Source: an uncultured Anaerofilum sp. (GTDB lineage: Bacteria > Bacillota > Clostridia > Oscillospirales > Ruminococcaceae). From it: DNA of 64,000 nucleotides. Position numbers and translations under genes: made by a program. How positions within the stretch are numbered: position 1 is the first letter of the stretch; each line of letters begins with the position of its first letter. Location of the stretch: assembly GCA_944385945.1 (NCBI GenBank), contig CALWZD010000070.1, positions 30,605-94,604 of the forward strand. The letters are read 5' to 3'. Positions 47,484 through 58,606 of the stretch are shown here, piece by piece. The notes beneath the pieces were generated by a model. That model was not told the DNA's origin and searched no databases. It saw only the letters and a program-made list of their open reading frames with translations.

Positions 47484-47680
47484 ACACAAACCTCCTTCAT
47501 CAGCGTCAAGCACTGCATAGGAGTGCCACATCCAAGACCTTTTTTTACATTATAAGCGAATTGTATAATTTCGTCAAGAAAAGTAAATAAAAATCCCGTA
47601 ATTATTTACAAAAAAATTAAAAAGTGACAGAATGCTTGTCTTTGCGGGCAAACAAGACACCGTTTTAAGGAATGGGGTAC

Positions 47681-47730
47681 CTTACAAAGTCTTTACATAA
47701 ACCATACAAAAACAAACGAAAAATCATACA
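47681..47730 (+). promoter_or_regulatory. Pho-box-like direct repeats upstream of pstS
   Basis: CTTACA, TTTACA, CATACA, CATACA at 47681, 47692, 47703, 47725 (11-bp phase). Confidence 0.6.
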
Positions 47731-47900
47731 GATTCATGGTTTTTGTAAAGTCGAAAATGCGGTAAAGTATTACCAGAGCCTTGGCGGACAGATACACAGA
47801 GGCTTGGATAAAGAGAGAAAACAAAATGCCGCATTGCGACAAAAGAGGTTTTGCCCTCCGATGCGGCGGCAATATTCCGAAAAAGGGAGTAAAGAGAGTT

Positions 47901-48791
47901 ATGAAACGTCTGAAGAAAGTAATGAGCATCCTGACCGTATCCACCGTTGTTGCAGCAGCTTTGGCAGCTTGCGGCAGCAGCACTTCCTCCTCCAGCGTGG
48001 CAGAGCAAAGCAGCTCTAGCGCAGCTGAGGAGAGCAGCGCAGCAGAAGAAAGCACTGTTGAGGGCAACGTAGCGACCGGCGGTTCTACCAGTGTTGAGAA
48101 AGTGATCGGTGCACTGAGCGAGGCTTTTATGGGTGAGAACACCGCTGTTACCGTTACCTACGATCCCACCGGAAGCAGCGCAGGTGTTACCGGTGCAGAA
48201 GATGGCACCTTGGACATCGGTCTGGCTAGCCGCAGCCTGAAAGAGGAAGAAGTTGCTAAGGGTCTGAAAGAAACCGTTTTCGCACTGGACGGCATTGCGA
48301 TTGTTGTAAACAACGAGAACACCGTTGAAGACCTGAGCCTGGAGCAGATCGCTCAGCTGGCTACCGGTGAGATCACCAACTGGAGCGAGGTAGGCGGTCC
48401 CGATGCACCCGTAGTTTTGATTGGTCGTGAGGCTGGTTCCGGTACCCGTGACGGCTTCGAGAGCGTTGTTGACGTAGAGGACGCTTGTGTATACGAGCAG
48501 GAGCTGACCAGCACCGGCGCAGTTATGACCGCTGTTGCAGGCAACCCCAATGCATTCGGCTACGTATCTCTGGCAAGCGTTGATGAAAACGTAAAAGCAA
48601 TCACCGTTGGCGGTGTTGAAGCAAGCGAAGAAACCGTAAAAGACGGCACCTACCTGCTGCAGCGTCCCTTCGTATTCGTAACCAAGGAAGGCGAAGAACT
48701 GAGCGCACAGGCACAGGCTTTCTATGACTTTGCACTGAGCGAGGCTGCTGCTGATCTGGTTCGTAATGCCGGTGCGGTACCCGTTGTATAA
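47901..48791 (+). CDS. pstS: Phosphate ABC substrate-binding lipoprotein
   Basis: Lipobox LAAC, GGSTSV, TGSSAG, REAGSGTR. Confidence 0.95.
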   Translation: MKRLKKVMSILTVSTVVAAALAACGSSTSSSSVAEQSSSSAAEESSAAEESTVEGNVATGGSTSVEKVIGALSEAFMGENTAVTVTYDPTGSSAGVTGAEDGTLDIGLASRSLKEEEVAKGLKETVFALDGIAIVVNNENTVEDLSLEQIAQLATGEITNWSEVGGPDAPVVLIGREAGSGTRDGFESVVDVEDACVYEQELTSTGAVMTAVAGNPNAFGYVSLASVDENVKAITVGGVEASEETVKDGTYLLQRPFVFVTKEGEELSAQAQAFYDFALSEAAADLVRNAGAVPVV

Positions 48792-48908
48792 TTAAACATT
48801 CAATTAGACAGGCTACCGCCGGAGGGCAACTGAACGTTTTCCGGCGGTATTTTTGCGAAAAAATTCGCACTGAGAGTGGAAAAGAAGATTTTTAAAGAGG
48901 GAAACAAG

Positions 48909-49781
48909 ATGAAGCTGAAGGAAATCATAGAGCGCATCATGCAAGGGGTCTTCCTTGTTTGCGGCATGGTATCAATCGCATCGGTTGCGCTTATCACGAT
49001 ATATATGCTAATCGCAGGTATGCCCGCCATCATCGAAGTAGGACCCATCGACTTTTTGTTTGGTACAGTATGGGAATCCACCAGTAAAGACCCTAAATTC
49101 GGCATTCTGCCCTTTATCCTTACCAGTGTGTGGGGCATGGTTGGTGCATTGATTATTGGTGTGCCGGTGGGCGTGTTTACAGCGGTGTTTTTGGCAAAGC
49201 TGGCACCGGCAAAGGTGGCTGCAATGGTGCGTCCGGCAGTAGAACTGCTGGCAGGTATCCCCAGCGTTGTATACGGTTTGATTGGTATGATCGTTCTGGT
49301 GCCTGCTGTGATGGACACTTTTTCGCTGAAAAGCGGTGCTTGTTTGTTGAGTGCGATCTTGGTTTTGACGATCATGGTTTTGCCGAATATCATTTCGGTA
49401 AGTGAAACCGCATTGCGGGCTGTTCCAAAAGAATACGAGGAAGCAAGCCTTGGTTTGGGTGCAACATGGATCGAAACCGTGTTTAAAGTAAGCATTCCGG
49501 CTGCAAAAAGCGGCATCGTGGCTGGTATCGTGTTGGGCGCAGGTCGTGCGGTAGGCGAAGCAATGGCGGTTATGATGGTTGCAGGTAACGTGGCAAATAT
49601 GCCCGGCTTGTTTAAAAGCGTTCGTTTCCTTACCACAGCCGTTGCAAGCGAAATGAGCTATGCTGCTGACGGAAGTTTGCAGCGTAACGCACTGTTCAGC
49701 ATCGGTTTGGTATTGTTCTTCTTCATTATGCTCATCAACTGGACTCTGCAAAAATTCCTGAAACGAGGTGATAACCTGTGA
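48909..49781 (+). CDS. pstC: Phosphate ABC permease
   Basis: ELLAGIPSVVYG, EASLGLGA, GRAVGEAMAV. Confidence 0.95.
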   Translation: MKLKEIIERIMQGVFLVCGMVSIASVALITIYMLIAGMPAIIEVGPIDFLFGTVWESTSKDPKFGILPFILTSVWGMVGALIIGVPVGVFTAVFLAKLAPAKVAAMVRPAVELLAGIPSVVYGLIGMIVLVPAVMDTFSLKSGACLLSAILVLTIMVLPNIISVSETALRAVPKEYEEASLGLGATWIETVFKVSIPAAKSGIVAGIVLGAGRAVGEAMAVMMVAGNVANMPGLFKSVRFLTTAVASEMSYAADGSLQRNALFSIGLVLFFFIMLINWTLQKFLKRGDNL

Positions 49782-50638
49782 ATCATGCTGCGAAACGAAA
49801 ATTGAAAGGCAATCTGCTGAAATGGGTGGTATATGGCAGTGCGATCCTGACCGTTGTTGTGCTGGTTGCATTGTTAGGCTATATTTTTGTGCGTGGTCTG
49901 CCGCAGGTCACATGGGAATTTCTTTCCACAAAGCCCAGTGTTATCAATGACACCATCGGTATTCTTCCCAACATTCTCAACACCTTATACATGATTTTGC
50001 TCACTTTGGTGATCGCACTTCCGCTGGGTGTGGGGGCAGCGATCTACCTGACCGAGTACGCAACGAATAAAAAGCTGAAAGCGGTCGTAGAATTTACCAC
50101 CGAAACACTGGCAGGTATTCCCAGTATCATCTACGGTCTGGTGGGTATGCTGGTGTTCGTAAAAATGCTTGGGTTTGGCACTTCGATTATTTCGGGCAGC
50201 CTTACGATGGTTATTATGATTTTGCCCACCATTATCCGGACCACGCAGGAAAGTCTAAAGACCGTTCCGCTGGGATACCGTGAAGGTGCGCTGGGATTGG
50301 GTGCCACTAAATGGTACATGATCCGCACCATCGTTTTGCCCTGCTGTTTAAGCGGTATCATTACCGGATGCATTCTGTCCATCGGTCGTATTGTAGGCGA
50401 AAGTGCTGCATTGATGTTTACAGCAGGCTCGGCGACCATCATCGCTGCCAACATCATCAAAGCATACACCAGTGGCGGTGGTACGCTGTCGGTTGCATTG
50501 TATATGTATGCAATGGAGCGTGGTGAAGTAGACGTCGCTTTTGCCATCGCAGCGATTTTGCTGCTGTTGGTACTGGTCATCAATATTGCCACCCGTTTGG
50601 TACAAAAAAAGTTGAATGGTAAGGAGCAGGCAAAATGA
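49778..50638 (+). CDS. pstA: Phosphate ABC permease
   Basis: [25 protein letters not shown]. Confidence 0.95.
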   Translation: MNHAAKRKLKGNLLKWVVYGSAILTVVVLVALLGYIFVRGLPQVTWEFLSTKPSVINDTIGILPNILNTLYMILLTLVIALPLGVGAAIYLTEYATNKKLKAVVEFTTETLAGIPSIIYGLVGMLVFVKMLGFGTSIISGSLTMVIMILPTIIRTTQESLKTVPLGYREGALGLGATKWYMIRTIVLPCCLSGIITGCILSIGRIVGESAALMFTAGSATIIAANIIKAYTSGGGTLSVALYMYAMERGEVDVAFAIAAILLLLVLVINIATRLVQKKLNGKEQAK

Positions 50639-51396
50639 GTGAGAATATTCTGTTGCAGGCAAAGGATCTGCATCTTTTTTACGGCGAAACCGAAGCATTG
50701 AAAGGCATCAACATCGAGATCCCCGAAAGAAAAATTACGGCTTTGATCGGCCCTTCGGGTTGTGGTAAGTCCACATTCCTGAAGACGCTCAACCGTATGA
50801 ACGACTTGATCCCCAGCGTAAGCATCACTGGCGAGGTGTTGTTCCGTGGACAGAACATTTTGGCAAAAGATGTGGATGTGACCGACCTGCGCCGTCGCAT
50901 CGGTATGGTGTTCCAAAAGCCGAATCCGTTCCCCATGAGTATTTACGACAACATCGCTTATGGCCCTCGTCTGCATGGCAATCACAGCAAAGCACAGCTG
51001 GATGAACTGGTAGAAAAAAGCCTGCGTGGTGCTGCTATTTGGGACGAAGTGAAAGATCGCCTGAAAAAGAGTGCGCTGGGGCTTTCGGGTGGTCAGCAGC
51101 AGCGTTTGTGCATTGCACGGGCATTGGCAGTAGAGCCTGAACTGCTTTTGATGGACGAGCCGACCAGTGCTTTGGACCCGGCTTCTACAATGCGTATCGA
51201 GGAACTGATGAGCACACTGAAAGAAAATTACACCATTGCCATCGTTACCCATAATATGCAGCAGGCTGCACGTATCAGCGACCGCTGTGCGTTCTTCCTG
51301 ACCGGTGAACTGGTAGAGTGTGACGAAACCGAAACCATCTTCTCGACCCCGCATGATAAACGCACCGAGGACTACATCAGCGGTCGATTCGGCTAA
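50635..51396 (+). CDS. pstB: Phosphate ABC ATPase
   Basis: [33 protein letters not shown]. Confidence 0.97.
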   Translation: MSENILLQAKDLHLFYGETEALKGINIEIPERKITALIGPSGCGKSTFLKTLNRMNDLIPSVSITGEVLFRGQNILAKDVDVTDLRRRIGMVFQKPNPFPMSIYDNIAYGPRLHGNHSKAQLDELVEKSLRGAAIWDEVKDRLKKSALGLSGGQQQRLCIARALAVEPELLLMDEPTSALDPASTMRIEELMSTLKENYTIAIVTHNMQQAARISDRCAFFLTGELVECDETETIFSTPHDKRTEDYISGRFG

Positions 51397-51508
51397 TATT
51401 TTGTCTGTAAGCGGAATTTTAAGCGGATTTATGTATATTTCTGCTTTCCAAAATCTTTACAGACGTTGAAAAGCAGAAAAAAATTTTTTATAATAAGAGG
51501 GAACGGCT

Positions 51509-52171
51509 ATGGAATTACGACATGGGTATGACGCCAGCTTGAAAGAGCTGTCGGACAGCATTTTGCAGATGAGCAGCCTTGCTTCTTCTGCCATACAAAA
51601 AGCGATCACCGCATTTGAAACTGCCGACGAGCAGTTGGCAAAGCAGGTCATCGCCGGCGATGAGAACATCGACCAGCTGGAAAAAAGCATCGAGCATCAA
51701 TGCTGGATTCTTTTGCTGCGTCAGCAGCCGGTCGCTACCGACCTGCGCAAGGTGAGCTGTGCCATGAAGATGATTACCGATATTGAGCGTATCGGCGACG
51801 CTGCGGAGGACATTGCAGAGCTGAGCCGCCACATGGGCGGCAGTCATCCCCAGCAGCTGATGGACACCATTCAAACAATGGCAAACTGCGTAAAAGATAT
51901 GTTTGAACAGTCGATCGAAGCATACGTCGCCGGCGATTTGGAGGCTGCAAAAAAAGTGATCCAAACGGACGACGAGGCAGACGAGTTGTTCTGTGTTATG
52001 CGCAAGCTGGCAATCCAGCAGATCGTAGCACACAACGAACAAGCAGATGCAGCAATGAACTGCTTCATGGCTGCAAAGTACCTTGAGCGTGTTGGGGATC
52101 ATGCGGTGAACATTGCAGAGTGGGTGGAATTCAGCAAAACAGGCGTTCACAAAAACAGTAAAATCGTATGA
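51509..52171 (+). CDS. phoU: Phosphate signalling protein PhoU
   Basis: QQPVATDLR, DIERIGD, LERVGDHAVNIAE. Confidence 0.96.
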   Translation: MELRHGYDASLKELSDSILQMSSLASSAIQKAITAFETADEQLAKQVIAGDENIDQLEKSIEHQCWILLLRQQPVATDLRKVSCAMKMITDIERIGDAAEDIAELSRHMGGSHPQQLMDTIQTMANCVKDMFEQSIEAYVAGDLEAAKKVIQTDDEADELFCVMRKLAIQQIVAHNEQADAAMNCFMAAKYLERVGDHAVNIAEWVEFSKTGVHKNSKIV

Positions 52172-52227
52172 CACCCCGAATCGCAAAAAGGCGTTTCGGG
52201 AAATCAGGGGAGAGGAAGAAACGCCTT

Positions 52228-52956
52228 ATGCAAAAAGAAACGGTTATTTTTATTGTGGAGGATGACGAAAATATTCGTGTTCTTCTCGAGGCAGCACTGC
52301 GGGCGTCTGGTTTTCAGACACGCTGCTTCGAGGGTGCCGAACCTGCACTGTTGGAAGCGGTGCAGAAATGTCCGGATGCAATGTTGCTGGACATTATGAT
52401 GAAAGGCATGGATGGGATCACGGCACTTCAGATGATTCGTCAAAATCCCATAATGAAGTCGCTCCCTGTTATGATGCTTACTGCCAAAGATACCGAAAGC
52501 GACAAGGTTTTGGGGCTGGACGCAGGGGCAGACGACTATATGACCAAACCCTTTAGTGTGTTGGAGCTTTGCGCAAGAGTACGGGCACTGGTGCGCCGTG
52601 GCACAAGCGGCGAACCTGTTGCCGAAACTGCAAGCGGAAAGTGTTTGTGTGCAGAAGGTTTGAAAGTGAACTGTGACCTGCGGGAGGTCACCTTGAACGA
52701 TGCCCCCATCGAGTTGACCTTGAAGGAATTCGAACTGCTGCGGGTGTTGATGGAAAACTGCCAGCGTGTGGTGGACCGTGAACAGCTTTTGCAGCAGGTG
52801 TGGGGGTATGAATTTGCGGGAGAAACACGCACCTTGGATATGCATATCGGTACGCTTCGCCATAAGCTCGGCGATGACGAACCCGAACGCAAGTATATCA
52901 AGACCGTGCGTGGGGTCGGCTACCGCTTTTTAATGCCTGTCGAGAGGATGGGCTAA
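52228..52956 (+). CDS. phoP: OmpR-family response regulator (PhoP/PhoB)
   Basis: VEDD, LLDIMM, GADDYMTKPF, TVRGVGY; in the pst-phoU operon. Confidence 0.88.
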   Translation: MQKETVIFIVEDDENIRVLLEAALRASGFQTRCFEGAEPALLEAVQKCPDAMLLDIMMKGMDGITALQMIRQNPIMKSLPVMMLTAKDTESDKVLGLDAGADDYMTKPFSVLELCARVRALVRRGTSGEPVAETASGKCLCAEGLKVNCDLREVTLNDAPIELTLKEFELLRVLMENCQRVVDREQLLQQVWGYEFAGETRTLDMHIGTLRHKLGDDEPERKYIKTVRGVGYRFLMPVERMG

Positions 52957-52959
52957 CAA

Positions 52960-54666
52960 ATGAAAAAAGCCATTTTACGTGGAAATTTTGCGGCGATCTG
53001 TTTAAGCCTTGTTTGTGCATTGATGCTGGCGGCATTTATGTTCAATTACCGAATGACCGAAAAAACCCAGCAGGATCTGCTTAACATGGCACAGGTTGCT
53101 GCATTGTCGTTAGAAACCGACAATGATGCGCAGGAAATTGCACAGTCGATACAAAATGCCATCCATGTGCGGGTAAGTGTGATTGCAAGCGACGGCACTG
53201 TTTTGGCAGACACCGAAACAGAACCGCAGGAGCTGCCGAATCATTCCAACCGCACAGAGATCCAGCAAGCAAAGCAAACGGGAACAGGCACCGATGTACG
53301 GAACAGTGCATCGGTGGGCGAAAAGCTGATCTACGCAGCAGTGAGAACGCCCAGCGGAAGTTACCTGCGCCTGTCAGCATCTTACAACAGCCTTGTGCTG
53401 GACCTGTTTGCCTTTGCACCGATGCTGGCAATCGGTCTTATCGTGGGGATCGTTGTGGCGATTCCGTTGGCAAATAAACAATCCGCAGCCGTAACGGCAC
53501 CCATTGCACAGCTCAGCCGTGAGTTGGCAACCATTAAAAACGGAGGGACAGCGTTGCAGCTGCATCATTACCCATATCCGGAGTTGAGAGCTATGGCACA
53601 AGACATCAATCAGCTTTCAATGGAAATTTCAGGCAATTTGCAGCGGCTACAAGCAGAAAAGGAAAAAATTGATTATATTTTGGATAATATGAGCGAAGGC
53701 TTCCTTTTACTGGACGAACAGGAAAAGATCCTGACCATCAACGAGGCAGCTTGTAGCTTTTTTGGCTGTCATCGGATGCTGGTACAAGGCAAAGAACTTG
53801 CACAGGCAACAAGCAACAAAGAGATTTTGCAAGCAGCCGATAGCGTGATCTATTCGCAACAGGATTCTGCACAGGGACAAATGAGAATCGCAGGCAGACG
53901 TACCATACACGCAGCAGTAAGCCGTGTGCGTGAGGGTGACGGGGGGCTTTCAAAAGGTGCCATTATGATCTTGACGGATATTACAGAGCAGACAAGTACC
54001 GTAAAAATGCGTCAGGAATTTTTCCAGTCTGCAAGCCACGAGCTGAAAACACCCATCACATCCATCCGTGGGTTTGCCGAACTGCTTTGCAGCGATATGC
54101 CGCTGGACGAAACTTCTCGCAAGGATTTTTCCAACCGTATCTTGAAAGAAGCAGGGCGGATGTCCCATCTGATCGAGGACATTATTATGATTAGCCGGAT
54201 GGAAAGCGGCGACATCACCTTCGACAAAGAGCGAGTAAACCTTGCCGATGTAGTGAAAGAAAGCGAGGACTTTGTGCGTGGGTTGGCAGCGCAAAACAAC
54301 ATCACACTGGATGTTGCTACCCAAAATTGCAGCTATTTTGCCTCACGCAGAGAAATGAGTGAGTTGTTCAGCAATTTGTTGGTGAACGCTGTGCGCTACA
54401 ATTACGAGGGTGGCATCGTTCGTGCGACCCTTACCCGTGAACAAGGTCGACCGGTGTTCTCGGTATTCAATACGGGTGAACCCATTCCCGAGAAATATCG
54501 TCAACGCATTTTCGAACGTTTCTTCCGCATCGACAAAGGAAGAAGCAAAGAAAGCGGCGGTACCGGTTTGGGCTTGGCAATCGTGAAGCATATCGCAGTA
54601 AATTACGGGATCGAAGTAGAACTTCAGGTAGAAGAAGACGGAAACCGATTTGTGCTGAAGTTTTAA
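52960..54666 (+). CDS. phoR: Sensor histidine kinase (PhoR-like)
   Basis: 2 TM, PAS-like region, SHELKTP, NAVRYN, GGTGLGLAIVKH. Confidence 0.88.
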   Translation: MKKAILRGNFAAICLSLVCALMLAAFMFNYRMTEKTQQDLLNMAQVAALSLETDNDAQEIAQSIQNAIHVRVSVIASDGTVLADTETEPQELPNHSNRTEIQQAKQTGTGTDVRNSASVGEKLIYAAVRTPSGSYLRLSASYNSLVLDLFAFAPMLAIGLIVGIVVAIPLANKQSAAVTAPIAQLSRELATIKNGGTALQLHHYPYPELRAMAQDINQLSMEISGNLQRLQAEKEKIDYILDNMSEGFLLLDEQEKILTINEAACSFFGCHRMLVQGKELAQATSNKEILQAADSVIYSQQDSAQGQMRIAGRRTIHAAVSRVREGDGGLSKGAIMILTDITEQTSTVKMRQEFFQSASHELKTPITSIRGFAELLCSDMPLDETSRKDFSNRILKEAGRMSHLIEDIIMISRMESGDITFDKERVNLADVVKESEDFVRGLAAQNNITLDVATQNCSYFASRREMSELFSNLLVNAVRYNYEGGIVRATLTREQGRPVFSVFNTGEPIPEKYRQRIFERFFRIDKGRSKESGGTGLGLAIVKHIAVNYGIEVELQVEEDGNRFVLKF

Positions 54667-54768
54667 CAAACGAATGAGCCGTTGCCAAAAGGTGCTGTGT
54701 ACACAGCGATATTATGAGGAAATTTTCGTTGAAAAAACAGGGCAGGAACAAACGTTCCTGCCCTGTGC

Positions 54769-54937
54769 TTGTAGAAAAAGCCTATTTTGAAGTTAACGCA
54801 GCCGTTCCACCTCATCCGGCTGCTTTGCAGCCACCTTCCCCTTAAGGGGAAGGCTTTTTCTTTGTCGAAACAGAGTTTCTCTTTCGGCTTCCCCCTGGGG
54901 GGAAGCTGTCACGAACAGCGTGACTGATGAGGGGACT
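54769..54937 (-). repeat. REP-doublet (REPIN-like) element, copy B
   Basis: Reverse complement of 33978-34124 with a longer central spacer. Confidence 0.8.
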
Positions 54938-54953
54938 TCTGCCCTGTATTTCT

Positions 54954-56774
54954 TTATTGCAGCAAAGCTTCGGTCGCTTCGTTGCGGTATTGATGCGTGT
55001 AAAGGTTGTAGTAGGCTCCTTGCTGTTGCATCAGTTCGTCGTGCGAGCCGCTTTCGATGATAGCACCCGAGCGAATGACCAAAATGCGGTCGGCTGCCCG
55101 AATCGTGGACAGACGATGTGCCACAATAAAACTGGTACGTCCGGAAAGCACCGTTTGAATTGCACTTTGGATCAATGCTTCGGTTTCGGTGTCGATGCTC
55201 GAAGTTGCCTCGTCCAAAATAAAAATCTTGGGGTCGGCAAGCAATACACGTGCAAGACTCAGCAGCTGTTTTTGTCCGGTCGACAGTTTTCCGCCGCCTT
55301 CGCCTACCTGTGCATCGTAACCGCCCGGAAGTTTTAGAATAAATTCTTCTGCGTGTACCATCTGTGCTGCCCGACGAATCTCCTCGTCGGTAGCGTCCGG
55401 TTTGGCAAAACGCAGGTTTTCTGCCACTGTTCCGCTAAACAAGTGCGGAGATTGCAGCACATAGCCAAGACTGGATTGCAGCCAAAGCTGGCTGCGTGTG
55501 CGGTAATCGGCACCGTCGATCAAAACAGCACCCTCGGTCGGCTCGTAAAATCGACAGACCAGATTTACAATCGTCGATTTTCCTGCGCCTGTTTCGCCTA
55601 CAAGTGCAACATTTTGCCCCGGTTCGACCGTAAGATTGAAGTGTTCCAAAACGGTTTCGCCGGTTTTATAGCGGAAAGTTACGTCCTTAAATTCCACTTT
55701 TCCTGCGATCTCGCACCAGTTTTCGATTTTTCCGTCAAATAAATCGCCGTACTCCTGCTGAATGGCAGGGCTGTCGATAATGTCAGGCTGGGTGTCCAGC
55801 AAGTCCAATACACGTTCGGCACTGGCTTGCGCTGCCTGCATCTCTGCCAAAATGTTGGCGAGCTGATGAACGGGGTCGAACAGCTGGGTGGCATAGCTGA
55901 CAAAAGCTGCCAGTGTGCCAAGGTCGATGACCGAACGTAAAGTCATTTCTCCGCCTACCGACAACGCCAGTGCTACCGAAATCGCACCCAAGTTGTATAC
56001 CAGTGGAACGAATAGAGAACTTAAGCTGGCTGCCCGCAGGCTAGACTGGTACATTTCTTCGGTCAAAGTGCAAAATTCCTGTTGAGCAGCGGTTTCACGA
56101 ACCAGTGTTTTTGTCGTCACGGCACCCATGATGCCCTCGTTGAAAGCATCTGTGATGCGGCTGTTTACCTTGCGCACATTGCGTTGCTGTACCAGAATCT
56201 TGCGTTGGAAAATGACGCACAGCACCGCCAAAAGCGGGGTGACGGTCAAGACGAGCAATCCCAGTTTCCAGTTCAACGCAAGCAAAATGCCCATTACGCC
56301 CAAAACGAATGCACCGCCCCACATCAGGTCTATGATGCTCCAGGCAATCATACCGGCGATACGGGCGATGTCGCTGCCTACACGTGCCATCAGCCAGCCC
56401 ACACTGGTGGTGTCGTAAAAACTGAAAGAAAGCTGTTGCAGTTTGGTGAAAGCCTCTTGACGAATGTCATAGCAGATGTCACGTTCCAGCCGACCTGCAC
56501 CCCGTACAAATAAAAATACACCGGTGGACTGTACCACGATCATAATTGCATAGACAGCTGCGAAAAATCCGATACCGACGGTTTGCTGCGGTTGGATAAA
56601 CCGATTGATAGCGTAACGAGTCATCAGTGGGTATAAAAGGTCGATGATGGCGACCAATATCATGACCCCCATGGTGAACACGACTCGCCGTTTGCTGCGC
56701 ATGGCATAACCGACAAGGCGTTTCCATACCCGAAGGTCGATTTTTTTGTCGTTGTATACTTTTTCCTGCATCAT
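54954..56774 (-). CDS. Heterodimeric multidrug-type ABC exporter, subunit with consensus Walker B
   Basis: TMD plus NBD; GETGAGKST, LSTGQKQ, FILDEATS, AHRLST. Confidence 0.92.
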   Translation of the reverse strand: MMQEKVYNDKKIDLRVWKRLVGYAMRSKRRVVFTMGVMILVAIIDLLYPLMTRYAINRFIQPQQTVGIGFFAAVYAIMIVVQSTGVFLFVRGAGRLERDICYDIRQEAFTKLQQLSFSFYDTTSVGWLMARVGSDIARIAGMIAWSIIDLMWGGAFVLGVMGILLALNWKLGLLVLTVTPLLAVLCVIFQRKILVQQRNVRKVNSRITDAFNEGIMGAVTTKTLVRETAAQQEFCTLTEEMYQSSLRAASLSSLFVPLVYNLGAISVALALSVGGEMTLRSVIDLGTLAAFVSYATQLFDPVHQLANILAEMQAAQASAERVLDLLDTQPDIIDSPAIQQEYGDLFDGKIENWCEIAGKVEFKDVTFRYKTGETVLEHFNLTVEPGQNVALVGETGAGKSTIVNLVCRFYEPTEGAVLIDGADYRTRSQLWLQSSLGYVLQSPHLFSGTVAENLRFAKPDATDEEIRRAAQMVHAEEFILKLPGGYDAQVGEGGGKLSTGQKQLLSLARVLLADPKIFILDEATSSIDTETEALIQSAIQTVLSGRTSFIVAHRLSTIRAADRILVIRSGAIIESGSHDELMQQQGAYYNLYTHQYRNEATEALLQ

Positions 56775-58606
56775 ACGGCATCACCGCCTTTCTCACAGGA
56801 TTCCAGTTCGTTTTGAATCACACAAATGCGGCGATAAATGCCCTCTTGCTCGCACAGTTGGGCATGGGTGCCTTGCTGTACGATTTTTCCGTTCTCCAAA
56901 ACAAGGATGAAGTCCGCTTCACGCAAGGTAGAAATGCGGTGGCTGATCAAGAAAGTGGTGCCTGTGTCACGCTCGGCAAGTGCAGCACGGATAGAAGCAT
57001 CGGTTTCGGCATCGACTGCGCTGAGCGAGTCATCGAAAATGCAAACGGGTGTGTTTTGTACCAGCATACGGGCGATGGCAACACGCTGTTTTTGTCCGCC
57101 CGACAAGGTAACGCCTCGTTCGCCGACCACTGTTTCGTACCCCTCCGAAAAACCGGTGATAACATCATGTACACAAGCGGTGCGGGCTGCAGAATAGCAT
57201 TCCTCCTCTTGTGCTTGTGGACGGGCAAGCAGGATATTTTCCCGAATGGTACGGCTGAACAAAAACGGTTCTTGCAGAACGATTCCGATCTTGCTGCGCA
57301 GATGCCCTACTTCAATGTCCCGAATGTCTACACCGTCCAGTAAGATGCGCCCCTTGGTGGGAAGATACAGTCGCTGCAACAAATGAATCAGGGTGGATTT
57401 TCCTGCACCCGTACTGCCCAAAATGCCGACGGTCTGTCCTGCTTTTACCGAAAAATCAATGTGTGACAATACCATACGCCCATCGTCCGGATAGGCAAAG
57501 CAAACATCTTCGAAGGTGATGTTGCCACGAATCGTCGGTTTTGTGGCTTTACCCGGTTCGGTTTCCTGCGGTGCGTTTAGAATTTCCTGCAAACGTCCCA
57601 AGGCGACATCCGCCATTACAAGGTCGGCGAGGATACGCCCCAGATTTCGCATCGGAAAGGTGAGCATACCGGCGTAACTGGTGAACAAAATCACATTGCC
57701 GGTGGTCACCTGACCGTTTGCAGCAAGCAACACACCCACGACCAGCACCAGTGCGATCTGGGTATATCCGATCATGTCCGACAAGCCCCAGTATAAGCCC
57801 ATCAAAGTGTTCAGCTTTAGGCTGATTTTGCGGAAAGCGGTATTCAGACGGGTGAATTTTTCCAGTTCCTGTTTTTGCCGTGCAAAAGCTCGCACGACCC
57901 GCATTCCGGTCAGGTTTTCCTGCAAAGCAGTGGTCAGACGTCCTTCGGCTTCGTCCACCTGTGTAAAATATTTTTGTACCGCTTTCGAGTATACAAAAGA
58001 AAAAACGATCAAAAATGGCAAAAGGCAAGTGGCGACAGCCGTAAGCAACGGGCTGATAGGCAACATGATGCCGATGGCGACCGTTGCCATGAACAGGGTG
58101 CGCAAAACTTGAATGAGTTGGTTTTGGATGAAACGATGCACCGTTTCGACGTCCGACGTACAACGCTGGATCAGGTCGCCCGTTTGATTGGACTTATGCC
58201 ACGCATAGGGAGCATGGGACAAACGGAAAAACAGTTGTTCCCGCAGCGCACGGGAGGTGCCTTCGCCCATTTTTGCGGCGTATTTACCACGCCAAAAGGA
58301 AAACAGTGCGTTGAATCCGCTTACAACAAGCACTGCAACCGCACACAGCCACAAATTGTGCAGCAGGAACTCTCTGCCACCAAGTCGTGCGATCTGTGTT
58401 TGCAGCCAAGTCGGCAGCTGCATGGGCTGCGTATCCAAAACGCTGTCCACGGTGAAGCTGACGACCAACGGAGTAAGATAGCTTGTACCGGCAGCCAGTG
58501 CCGTACAAACGATTGCGATCACAAACGGCAGATGACTGCGGTCTGCGATCTGCCACAGGTTTTTCCAGCGGGAAAAACGGCTGTGACGAGTTGTTTTGGT
58601 TTCCAT
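56771..58606 (-). CDS. Heterodimeric multidrug-type ABC exporter, subunit with degenerate Walker B
   Basis: TMD plus NBD; GSTGAGKST, LSGGQKQR, IFDDSLSAVD (D for catalytic E); RBS AGGAGG. Confidence 0.92.
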   Translation of the reverse strand: METKTTRHSRFSRWKNLWQIADRSHLPFVIAIVCTALAAGTSYLTPLVVSFTVDSVLDTQPMQLPTWLQTQIARLGGREFLLHNLWLCAVAVLVVSGFNALFSFWRGKYAAKMGEGTSRALREQLFFRLSHAPYAWHKSNQTGDLIQRCTSDVETVHRFIQNQLIQVLRTLFMATVAIGIMLPISPLLTAVATCLLPFLIVFSFVYSKAVQKYFTQVDEAEGRLTTALQENLTGMRVVRAFARQKQELEKFTRLNTAFRKISLKLNTLMGLYWGLSDMIGYTQIALVLVVGVLLAANGQVTTGNVILFTSYAGMLTFPMRNLGRILADLVMADVALGRLQEILNAPQETEPGKATKPTIRGNITFEDVCFAYPDDGRMVLSHIDFSVKAGQTVGILGSTGAGKSTLIHLLQRLYLPTKGRILLDGVDIRDIEVGHLRSKIGIVLQEPFLFSRTIRENILLARPQAQEEECYSAARTACVHDVITGFSEGYETVVGERGVTLSGGQKQRVAIARMLVQNTPVCIFDDSLSAVDAETDASIRAALAERDTGTTFLISHRISTLREADFILVLENGKIVQQGTHAQLCEQEGIYRRICVIQNELESCEKGGDAV

